This document shows, one piece after another, positions 1 to 11,368 of a stretch of DNA of 64,000 nt. The position numbers were made by a program, and so were the translations under genes. The stretch's first letter is position 1. Every line of letters starts with the position of its first letter. The notes below the pieces were generated by a model. That model searched no databases. It saw nothing but the letters and a program-made list of their open reading frames with translations, and was not told the origin of the DNA. The stretch spans positions 79,473 through 143,472 of the forward strand of contig CAXKVF010000092.1 in assembly GCA_964057225.1 (NCBI GenBank). The letters run 5' to 3'. The DNA comes from Auanema rhodensis. Lineage: Eukaryota; Animalia; Nematoda.

Positions 1-3000
1 AGATGCGGTTTTCAAAATTAGATTCCCCATGTCCATATTAGTCTAAAAACAAATTTTTATTGATATTGGTGCATGGTAACCATGACTTTGAAAGTTACGT
101 GAACTTTAATTTATGCTAATTAAATGTACACGTGATGTGCACTTGGTATGTAACTCGCTTCACGTGAAAGATAAAGAGATGCGGTTTTCAAAATTAGATT
201 CCCCATGTCCATATTAGTCTAAAAACAAATTTTTATTGATATTGGTTCATGGTAACCATGACTTTGAAATTTACGTGAACTTTAATTTATGCTAATTAAA
301 TGTACACGTGATGTGCACTTGGTATGTAACTCGCTTCACTTGGTATGTAACTCGCTTCACGTGAAAGATGAAGAGATGCGGTTTTCAAAATTAGATTCCC
401 CATGTCCATATTAGTCTAAAAACAAATTTTTATTGATATTGGTGCATGGTAACCATGACTTTGAAATTTACGTGAACTTTAATTTATGCTAATTAAATGT
501 ACACGTGATGTGCACTTGGTATGTAACTCGCTTTTCACGTGAAAGATAAAGAGATGCGGTTTTCAAAATTAGATTCCCCATGTCCATATTAGTCTAAAAA
601 CAAATTTTTATTGATATTGGTGCATGGTAACCATGACTTTGAAATTTACGTGAACTTTAATTTATGCTAATTAAATGTACACGTGATGTGCACTTGGTAT
701 GTAACTCGCTTCACGTGAAAGATAAAGAGATGCGGTTTTCAAAATTAGATTCCCCATGTCCATATTAGTCTAAAAACAAATTTTTATTGATATTGGTTCA
801 TGGTAACCATGACTTTGAAATTTACGTGAACTTTAATTTATGCTAATTAAATGTACACGTGATGTGCACTTGGTATGTAACTCGCTTCACGTGAAAGATA
901 AAGAGATGCGGTTTTCAAAATTAGATTCCCCATGTCCATATTAGTCTAAAAACAAATTTTTATTGATATTGGTGCATGGTAACCATGACTTTGAAATTTA
1001 CGTGAACTTTAATTTATGCTAATTAAATGTACACGTGATGTGCACTTGGTATGTAACTCGCTTCACTTGGTATGTAACTCGCTTCACGTGAAAGATGAAG
1101 AGATGCGGTTTTCAAAATTAGATTCCCCATGTCCATATTAGTCTAAAAACAAATTTTTATTGATATTGGTGCATGGTAACCATGACTTTGAAATTTACGT
1201 GAACTTTAATTTATGCTAATTAAATGTACACGTGATGTGCACTTGGTATGTAACTCGCTTCACGTGAAAGATAAAGAGATGCGGTTTTCAAAATTAGATT
1301 CCCCATGTCCATATTAGTCTAAAAACAAATTTTTATTGATATTGGTGCATGGTAACCATGACTTTGAAATTTACGTGAACTTTAATTTATGCTAATTAAA
1401 TGTACACGTGATGTGCACTTGGTATGTAACTCGCTTCACGTGAAAGATAAAGAGATGCGGTTTTCAAAATTAGATTCCCCATGTCCATATTAGTCTAAAA
1501 ACAAATTTTTATTGATATTGGTGCATGGTAACCATGACTTTGAAATTTACGTGAACTTTAATTTATGCTAATTAAATGTACACGTGATGTGCACTTGGTA
1601 TGTAACTCGCTTCACGTGAAAGATAAAGAGATGCGGTTTTCAAAATTAGATTCCCCATGTCCATATTAGTCTAAAAACAAATTTTTATTGATATTGGTGC
1701 ATGGTAACCATGACTTTGAAATTTACGTGAACTTTAATTTATGCTAATTAAATGTACACGTGATGTGCACTTGGTATGTAACTCGCTTCACGTGAAAGAT
1801 AAAGAGATGCGGTTTTCAAAATTAGATTCCCCATGTCCATATTAGTCTAAAAACAAATTTTTATTGATATTGGTTCATGGTAACCATGACTTTGAAATTT
1901 ACGTGAACTTTAATTTATGCTAATTAAATGTACACGTGATGTGCACTTGGTATGTAACTCGCTTCACGTGAAAGATAAAGAGATGCGGTTTTCAAAATTA
2001 GATTCCCCATGTCCATATTAGTCTAAAAACAAATTTTTATTGATATTGGTTCATGGTAACCATGACTTTGAAATTTACGTGAACTTTAATTTATGCTAAT
2101 TAAATGTACACGTGATGTGCACTTGGTATGTAACTCGCTTCACGTGAAAGATAAAGAGATGTGGTTTTCAAAATTAGATTCCCCATGTCCATATTAGTCT
2201 AAAAACAAATTTTTATTGATATTGGTGCATGGTAACCATGACTTTGAAATTTACGTGAACTTTAATTTATGCTAATTAAATGTACACGTGATGTGCACTT
2301 GGTATGTAACTCTCTTCACGTGAAAGATAAAGAGATGCGGTTTTCAAAATTAGATTCCCCATGTCCATATTAGTCTAAAAACAAATTTTTATTGATATTG
2401 GTTCATGGTAACCATGACTTTGAAATTAACGTGAACTTTAATTTATGCTAATTAAATGTGCACGTGATGTGCACTTGGTATGTAACTCGCTTCACGTGAA
2501 AGATAAAGAGATGCGGTTCTCAAAATTAGATTCCCCATGTCCATATTAGTCTAAAAACAAATTTTTATTGATATTGGTGCATGGTAACCATGACTTTGAA
2601 ATTTACGTGAACTTTAATTTATGCTAATTAAATGTACACGTGATGTGCACTTGGTATGTAACTCGCTTCACGTGAAAGATGAAGAGATGCGGTTTGCAAA
2701 ATTAGATTCCCCATGTCCATATTAGTCTAAAAACAAATTTTTATTGACATTGGTGCATGGTAACCATGACTTTGAAATTTACGTGAACTTTAATTTATGA
2801 TAATTAAATGTACACGTGATGTGCACTTGGTATGTAACTCGCTTCACGTGAAAGATAAAGAGATGCGGTTTTCAAAATTAGATTCCCCATGTCCATATTA
2901 GTCTAAAAACAAATTTTTATTGATATTGGTGCATGGTAACCATGACTTTGAAATTTACGTGAACTTTAATTTATGCTAATTAAATGTACACGTGATGTGC

Positions 3001-6000
3001 ACTTGGTATGTAACTCGCTTCACGTGAATGATAAAGAGATGCGGTTTTCAAAATTAGATTCCCCATGTCCATATTAGTCTAAAAACAAATTTTTATTGAT
3101 ATTGGTGCATGGTAACCATGACTTTGAAAGTTACGTGAACTTTAATTTATGCTAATTAAATGTACACGTGATGTGCACTTGGTATGTAACTCGCTTCACG
3201 TGAAAGATAAAGAGATGCGGTTTTCAAAATTAGATTCCCCATGTCCATATTAGTCTAAAAACAAATTTTTATTGATATTGGTTCATGGTAACCATGACTT
3301 TGAAATTTACGTGAACTTTAATTTATGCTAATTAAATGTACACGTGATGTGCACTTGGTATGTAACTCGCTTCACTTGGTATGTAACTCGCTTCACGTGA
3401 AAGATGAAGAGATGCGGTTTTCAAAATTAGATTCCCCATGTCCATATTAGTCTAAAAACAAATTTTTATTGATATTGGTGCATGGTAACCATGACTTTGA
3501 AAGTTACGTGAACTTTAATTTATGCTAATTAAATGTACACGTGATGTGCACTTGGTATGTAACTCGCTTCACGTGAATGATAAAGAGATGCGGTTTTCAA
3601 AATTAGATTCCCCATGTCCATATTAGTCTAAAAACAAATTTTTATTGATATTGGTGCATGGTAACCATGACTTTGAAAGTTACGTGAACTTTAATTTATG
3701 CTAATTAAATGTACACGTGATGTGCACTTGGTATGTAACTCGCTTCACGTGAAAGATAAAGAGATGCGGTTTTCAAAATTAGATTCCCCATGTCCATATT
3801 AGTCTAAAAACAAATTTTTATTGATATTGGTGCATGGTAACCATGACTTTGAAATTTACGTGAACTTTAATTTATGCTAATTAAATGTACACGTGATGTG
3901 CACTTGGTATGTAACTCGCTTCACTTGGTATGTAACTCGCTTCACGTGAAAGATGAAGAGATGCGGTTTTCAAAATTAGATTCCCCATGTCCATATTAGT
4001 CTAAAAACAAATTTTTATTGATATTGGTGCATGGTAACCATGACTTTGAAATTTACGTGAACTTTAATTTATGCTAATTAAATGTACACGTGATGTGCAC
4101 TTGGTATGTAACTCGCTTCACGTGAAAGATAAAGAGATGCGGTTTTCAAAATTAGATTCCCCATGTCCATATTAGTCTAAAAACAAATTTTTATTGATAT
4201 TGGTGCATGGTAACCATGACTTTGAAATTTACGTGAACTTTAATTTATGCTAATTAAATGTACACGTGATGTGCACTTGGTATGTAACTCGCTTCACGTG
4301 AAAGATAAAGAGATGCGGTTTTCAAAATTAGATTCCCCATGTCCATATTAGTCTAAAAACAAATTTTTATTGATATTGGTGCATGGTAACCATGACTTTG
4401 AAATTTACGTGAACTTTAATTTATGCTAATTAAATGTACACGTGATGTGCACTTGGTATGTAACTCGCTTCACGTGAAAGATAAAGAGATGCGGTTTTCA
4501 AAATTAGATTCCCCATGTCCATATTAGTCTAAAAACAAATTTTTATTGATATTGGTGCATGGTAACCATGACTTTGAAATTTACGTGAACTTTAATTTAT
4601 GCTAATTAAATGTACACGTGATGTGCACTTGGTATGTAACTCGCTTCACGTGAAAGATAAAGAGATGCGGTTTTCAAAATTAGATTCCCCATGTCCATAT
4701 TAGTCTAAAAACAAATTTTTATAGATATTGGTGCATGGTAACCATGACTTTGAAATTTACGTGAACTTTAATTTATGCTAATTAAATGTACACGTGATGT
4801 GCACTTGGTATGTAACTCGCTTCACGTGAAAGATAAAGAGATGCGGTTTTCAAAATTAGATTCCCCATGTCCATATTAGTCTAAAAACAAATTTTTATTG
4901 ATATTGGTGCATGGTAACCATGACTTTGAAATTTACGTGAACTTTAATTTATGCTAATTAAATGTACACGTGATGTGCACTTGGTATGTAACTCGCTTCA
5001 CTTGGTATGTAACTCGCTTCACGTGAAAGATGAAGAGATGCGGTTTTCAAAATTAGATTCCCCATGTCCATATTAGTCTAAAAACAAATTTTTATTGATA
5101 TTGGTGCATGGTAACCATGACTTTGAAATTTACGTGAACTTTAATTTATGCTAATTAAATGTACACGTGATGTGCACTTGGTATGTAACTCGCTTCACGT
5201 GAAAGATAAAGAGATGCGGTTTTCAAAATTAGATTCCCCATGTCCATATTAGTCTAAAAACAAATTTTTATTGATATTGGTGCATGGTAACCATGACTTT
5301 GAAATTTACGTGAACTTTAATTTATGCTAATTAAATGTACACGTGATGTGCACTTGGTATGTAACTCGCTTCACGTGAAAGATAAAGAGATGCGGTTTTC
5401 AAAATTAGATTCCCCATGTCCATATTAGTCTAAAAACAAATTTTTATTGATATTGGTGCATGGTAACCATGACTTTGAAATTTACGTGAACTTTAATTTA
5501 TGCTAATTAAATGTACACGTGATGTGCACTTGGTATGTAACTCGCTTCACGTGAAAGATAAAGAGATGCGGTTTTCAAAATTAGATTCCCCATGTCCATA
5601 TTAGTCTAAAAACAAATTTTTATTGATATTGGTGCATGGTAACCATGACTTTGAAATTTACGTGAACTTTAATTTATGCTAATTAAATGTACACGTGATG
5701 TGCACTTGGTATGTAACTCGCTTCACGTGAAAGATAAAGAGATGCGGTTTTCAAAATTAGATTCCCCATGTCCATATTAGTCTAAAAACAAATTTTTATA
5801 GATATTGGTGCATGGTAACCATGACTTTGAAATTTACGTGAACTTTAATTTATGCTAATTAAATGTACACGTGATGTGCACTTGGTATGTAACTCGCTTC
5901 ACGTGAAAGATAAAGAGATGCGGTTTTCAAAATTAGATTCCCCATGTCCATATTAGTCTAAAAACAAATTTTTATTGATATTGGTGCATGGTAACCATGA

Positions 6001-7138
6001 CTTTGAAATTTACGTGAACTTTAATTTATGCTAATTAAATGTACACGTGATGTGCACTTGGTATGTAACTCGCTTCACGTGAAAGATAAAGAGATGCGGT
6101 TTTCAAAATTAGATTCCCCATGTCCATATTAGTCTAAAAACAAATTTTTATTGATATTGGTGCATGGTAACCATGACTTTGAAATTTACGTGAACTTTAA
6201 TTTATGCTAATTAAATGTACACGTGATGTGCACTTGGTATGTAACTCGCTTCACTTGGTATGTAACTCGCTTCACGTGAAAGATAAAGAGATGCGGTTTT
6301 CAAAATTAGATTCCCCATGTCCATATTAGTCTAAAAACAAATTTTTATTGATATTGGTGCATGGTAACCATGACTTTGAAATTTACGTGAACTTTAATTT
6401 ATGCTAATTAAATGTACACGTGATGTGCACTTGGTATGTAACTCGCTTCACGTGAAAGATAAAGAGATGCGGTTTTCAAAATTAGATTCCCCATGTCCAT
6501 ATTAGTCTAAAAACAAATTTTTATTGATATTGGTGCATGGTAACCATGACTTTGAAATTTACGTGAACTTTAATTTATGCTAATTAAATGTACACGTGAT
6601 GTGCACTTGGTATGTAACTCGCTTCACTTGGTATGTAACTCGCTTCACGTGAAAGATAAAGAGATGCGGTTTTCAAAATTAGATTCCCCATGTCCATATT
6701 AGTCTAAAAACAAATTTTTATTGATATTGGTGCATGGTAACCATGACTTTGAAATTTACGTGAACTTTAATTTATGCTAATTAAATGTACACGTGATGTG
6801 CACTTGGTATGTAACTCGCTTCACGTGAAAGATAAAGAGATGCGGTTTTCAAAATTAGATTCCCCATGTCCATATTAGTCTAAAAACAAATTTTTATTGA
6901 TATTGGTTCATGGTAACCATGACTTTGAAATTTACGTGAACTTTAATTTATGCTAATTAAATGTACACGTGATGTGCACTTGGTATGTAACTCGCTTCAC
7001 GTGAAAGATAAAGAGATGCGGTTTTCAAAATTAGATTCCCCATGTCCATATTAGTCTAAAAACAAATTTTTATTGATATTGGTGCATGGTAACCATGACT
7101 TTGAAAGTTACGTGAACTTTAATTTATGCTAATTAAAT
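1..7138 (+). repeat. Forward satellite block, domain with 197-bp (21-bp duplication) monomers
   Basis: Forward monomers. 197-bp monomers start at 177, 904, 3213, 3762, 4839, 6092 and 6465. The block ends at monomer position 125 (...CTAATTAAAT, 7138). Confidence 0.97.
7102..7138 (+). repeat. 37-bp direct duplication, left flank of inverted block 1 (partner 8334-8370)
   Basis: TGAAAGTTACGTGAACTTTAATTTATGCTAATTAAAT is present on both sides of the inverted block. Both copies carry the minority GAAAGTTA allele (consensus GAAATTTA). Confidence 0.9.
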
Positions 7139-8334
7139 CCAATATCAATAAAAATTTGTTTTTAGACTAATATGGACATGGGGAATCTAATTTTGAAAAC
7201 CGCATCTCTTTATCTTTCACGTGAAGCGAGTTACATACCAAGTGAAGCGAGTTACATACCAAGTGCACATCACGTGTACATTTAATTAGCATAAATTAAA
7301 GTTCACGTAAATTTCAAAGTCATGGTTACCATGCACCAATATCAATAAAAATTTGTTTTTAGACTAATATGGACATGGGGAATCTAATTTTGAAAACCGC
7401 ATCTCTTTATCTTTCACGTGAAGCGAGTTACATACCAAGTGCACATCACGTGTACATTTAATTAGCATAAATTAAAGTTCACGTAAATTTCAAAGTCATG
7501 GTTACCATGCACCAATATCAATAAAAATTTGTTTTTAGACTAATATGGACATGGGGAATCTAATTTTGAAAACCGCATCTCTTTATCTTTCACGTGAAGC
7601 GAGTTACATACCAAGTGAAGCGAGTTACATACCAAGTGCACATCACGTGTACATTTAATTAGCATAAATTAAAGTTCACGTAAATTTCAAAGTCATGGTT
7701 ACCATGCACCAATATCAATAAAAATTTGTTTTTAGACTAATATGGACATGGGGAATCTAATTTTGAAAACCGCATCTCTTTATCTTTCACGTGAAGCGAG
7801 TTACATACCAAGTGCACATCACGTGTACATTTAATTAGCATAAATTAAAGTTCACGTAAATTTCAAAGTCATGGTTACCATGCACCAATATCAATAAAAA
7901 TTTGTTTTTAGACTAATATGGACATGGGGAATCTAATTTTGAAAACCGCATCTCTTTATCTTTCACGTGAAGCGAGTTACATACCAAGTGCACATCACGT
8001 GTACATTTAATTAGCATAAATTAAAGTTCACGTAAATTTCAAAGTCATGGTTACCATGCACCAATATCTATAAAAATTTGTTTTTAGACTAATATGGACA
8101 TGGGGAATCTAATTTTGAAAACCGCATCTCTTTATCTTTCACGTGAAGCGAGTTACATACTAAGTGCACATCACGTGTACATTTAATTAGCATAAATTAA
8201 AGTTCACGTAAATTTCAAAGTCATGGTTACCATGCACCAATATCAATAAAAATTTGTTTTTAGACTAATATGGACATGGGGAATCTAATTTTGAAAACCG
8301 CATCTCTTTATCTTTCACGTGAAGCGAGTTACAT
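7139..8334 (-). repeat. Inverted satellite block 1 (1196 bp), reverse complement of 5535-6730
   Basis: The sequence switches to CCAATATCAATAAAAATTTG (reverse complement of the monomer) at 7139 and returns to forward at GAGTTACAT|GAAAGTTACG (8334). The order of variants (197, 176, 197, 176, TATAG variant, 176) mirrors 5535-6730. Confidence 0.97.
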
Positions 8335-8370
8335 GAAAGTTACGTGAACTTTAATTTATGCTAATTAAAT
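8334..8370 (+). repeat. 37-bp direct duplication, right flank of inverted block 1
   Basis: Identical to 7102-7138. The first T (8334) is shared with the end of the inverted block (1-bp microhomology). Confidence 0.9.
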
Positions 8371-10172
8371 GTACACGTGATGTGCACTTGGTATGTAACT
8401 CGCTTCACGTGAAAGATAAAGAGATGCGGTTTTCAAAATTAGATTCCCCATGTCCATATTAGTCTAAAAACAAATTTTTATTGATATTGGTGCATGGTAA
8501 CCATGACTTTGAAATTTACGTGAACTTTAATTTATGCTAATTAAATGTACACGTGATGTGCACTTGGTATGTAACTCGCTTCACGTGAAAGATAAAGAGA
8601 TGCGGTTTTCAAAATTAGATTCCCCATGTCCATATTAGTCTAAAAACAAATTTTTATTGATATTGGTGCATGGTAACCATGACTTTGAAATTTACGTGAA
8701 CTTTAATTTATGCTAATTAAATGTACACGTGATGTGCACTTGGTATGTAACTCGCTTCACGTGAAAGATAAAGAGATGCGGTTTTCAAAATTAGATTCCC
8801 CATGTCCATATTAGTCTAAAAACAAATTTTTATAGATATTGGTGCATGGTAACCATGACTTTGAAATTTACGTGAACTTTAATTTATGCTAATTAAATGT
8901 ACACGTGATGTGCACTTGGTATGTAACTCGCTTCACGTGAAAGATAAAGAGATGCGGTTTTCAAAATTAGATTCCCCATGTCCATATTAGTCTAAAAACA
9001 AATTTTTATTGATATTGGTGCATGGTAACCATGACTTTGAAATTTACGTGAACTTTAATTTATGCTAATTAAATGTACACGTGATGTGCACTTGGTATGT
9101 AACTCGCTTCACGTGAAAGATAAAGAGATGCGGTTTTCAAAATTAGATTCCCCATGTCCATATTAGTCTAAAAACAAATTTTTATTGATATTGGTGCATG
9201 GTAACCATGACTTTGAAATTTACGTGAACTTTAATTTATGCTAATTAAATGTACACGTGATGTGCACTTGGTATGTAACTCGCTTCACTTGGTATGTAAC
9301 TCGCTTCACGTGAAAGATAAAGAGATGCGGTTTTCAAAATTAGATTCCCCATGTCCATATTAGTCTAAAAACAAATTTTTATTGATATTGGTGCATGGTA
9401 ACCATGACTTTGAAATTTACGTGAACTTTAATTTATGCTAATTAAATGTACACGTGATGTGCACTTGGTATGTAACTCGCTTCACGTGAAAGATAAAGAG
9501 ATGCGGTTTTCAAAATTAGATTCCCCATGTCCATATTAGTCTAAAAACAAATTTTTATTGATATTGGTGCATGGTAACCATGACTTTGAAATTTACGTGA
9601 ACTTTAATTTATGCTAATTAAATGTACACGTGATGTGCACTTGGTATGTAACTCGCTTCACTTGGTATGTAACTCGCTTCACGTGAAAGATAAAGAGATG
9701 CGGTTTTCAAAATTAGATTCCCCATGTCCATATTAGTCTAAAAACAAATTTTTATTGATATTGGTGCATGGTAACCATGACTTTGAAATTTACGTGAACT
9801 TTAATTTATGCTAATTAAATGTACACGTGATGTGCACTTGGTATGTAACTCGCTTCACGTGAAAGATAAAGAGATGCGGTTTTCAAAATTAGATTCCCCA
9901 TGTCCATATTAGTCTAAAAACAAATTTTTATTGATATTGGTTCATGGTAACCATGACTTTGAAATTTACGTGAACTTTAATTTATGCTAATTAAATGTAC
10001 ACGTGATGTGCACTTGGTATGTAACTCGCTTCACGTGAAAGATAAAGAGATGCGGTTTTCAAAATTAGATTCCCCATGTCCATATTAGTCTAAAAACAAA
10101 TTTTTATTGATATTGGTGCATGGTAACCATGACTTTGAAAGTTACGTGAACTTTAATTTATGCTAATTAAAT
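8335..10172 (+). repeat. Forward satellite block between the inversions; 8422-10172 copies 5388-7138
   Basis: Same variant order at offset 3034: TATAG monomer 5740/8774, 197-bp monomers 6092/9126 and 6465/9499, GGTTCA monomer 6838/9872, truncated GAAAGTTA monomer 7014/10048. Confidence 0.95.
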
Positions 10173-11368
10173 CCAATATCAATAAAAATTTGTTTTTAGA
10201 CTAATATGGACATGGGGAATCTAATTTTGAAAACCGCATCTCTTTATCTTTCACGTGAAGCGAGTTACATACCAAGTGAAGCGAGTTACATACCAAGTGC
10301 ACATCACGTGTACATTTAATTAGCATAAATTAAAGTTCACGTAAATTTCAAAGTCATGGTTACCATGCACCAATATCAATAAAAATTTGTTTTTAGACTA
10401 ATATGGACATGGGGAATCTAATTTTGAAAACCGTATCTCTTTATCTTTCACGTGAAGCGAGTTACATACCAAGTGCACATCACGTGTACATTTAATTAGC
10501 ATAAATTAAAGTTCACGTAAATTTCAAAGTCATGGTTACCATGCACCAATATCAATAAAAATTTGTTTTTAGACTAATATGGACATGGGGAATCTAATTT
10601 TGAAAACCGCATCTCTTTATCTTTCACGTGAAGCGAGTTACATACCAAGTGAAGCGAGTTACATACCAAGTGCACATCACGTGTACATTTAATTAGCATA
10701 AATTAAAGTTCACGTAAATTTCAAAGTCATGGTTACCATGCACCAATATCAATAAAAATTTGTTTTTAGACTAATATGGACATGGGGAATCTAATTTTGA
10801 AAACCGCATCTCTTTATCTTTCACGTGAAGCGAGTTACATACCAAGTGCACATCACGTGTACATTTAATTAGCATAAATTAAAGTTCACGTAAATTTCAA
10901 AGTCATGGTTACCATGCACCAATATCAATAAAAATTTGTTTTTAGACTAATATGGACATGGGGAATCTAATTTTGAAAACCGCATCTCTTTATCTTTCAC
11001 GTGAAGCGAGTTACATACCAAGTGCACATCACGTGTACATTTAATTAGCATAAATTAAAGTTCACGTAAATTTCAAAGTCATGGTTACCATGCACCAATA
11101 TCTATAAAAATTTGTTTTTAGACTAATATGGACATGGGGAATCTAATTTTGAAAACCGCATCTCTTTATCTTTCACGTGAAGCGAGTTACATACCAAGTG
11201 CACATCACGTGTACATTTAATTAGCATAAATTAAAGTTCACGTAAATTTCAAAGTCATGGTTACCATGCACCAATATCAATAAAAATTTGTTTTTAGACT
11301 AATATGGACATGGGGAATCTAATTTTGAAAACCGCATCTCTTTATCTTTCACGTGAAGCGAGTTACAT
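10173..11368 (-). repeat. Inverted satellite block 2 (1196 bp), same junctions as block 1
   Basis: AATTAAAT|CCAATATC at 10172/10173 and GAGTTACAT|GAAAGTT at 11368/11369, exactly 3034 bp from block 1. By eye it differs from block 1 at two sites (8161 T vs 11195 C; 7400 C vs 10434 T). Confidence 0.97.

Noticed and set aside
1-176. CENP-B box or budding-yeast point centromere
   Set aside because: No TTCG....A..CGGG motif is seen on either strand. The CDEI-like octamer has no recognisable CDEII/CDEIII arrangement.
1-176. 5S rRNA, tRNA or snRNA tandem gene array
   Set aside because: There is no recognisable 5S, tRNA cloverleaf, A/B-box or snRNA sequence, and the unit is too AT-rich.
7139-8334. 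Transposon or retroelement insertion suggested by the flanking direct duplication
   Set aside because: The insert is entirely satellite, with no terminal inverted repeats, LTRs, ORFs or poly-A tail, and its donor is adjacent.
7139-11368. Site-specific invertible switch or simple reciprocal inversion
   Set aside because: The breakpoints are not reciprocal, the donor is retained, and no recombinase gene or dedicated inverted sites are present.
7139-11368. Foldback read chimera as the explanation for the inversions
   Set aside because: A foldback would mirror the immediately adjacent sequence and would not return with a 37-bp duplication. Here there is a 408-bp offset and the junctions occur twice with private SNPs. 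This is considered unlikely but cannot be excluded without reads.
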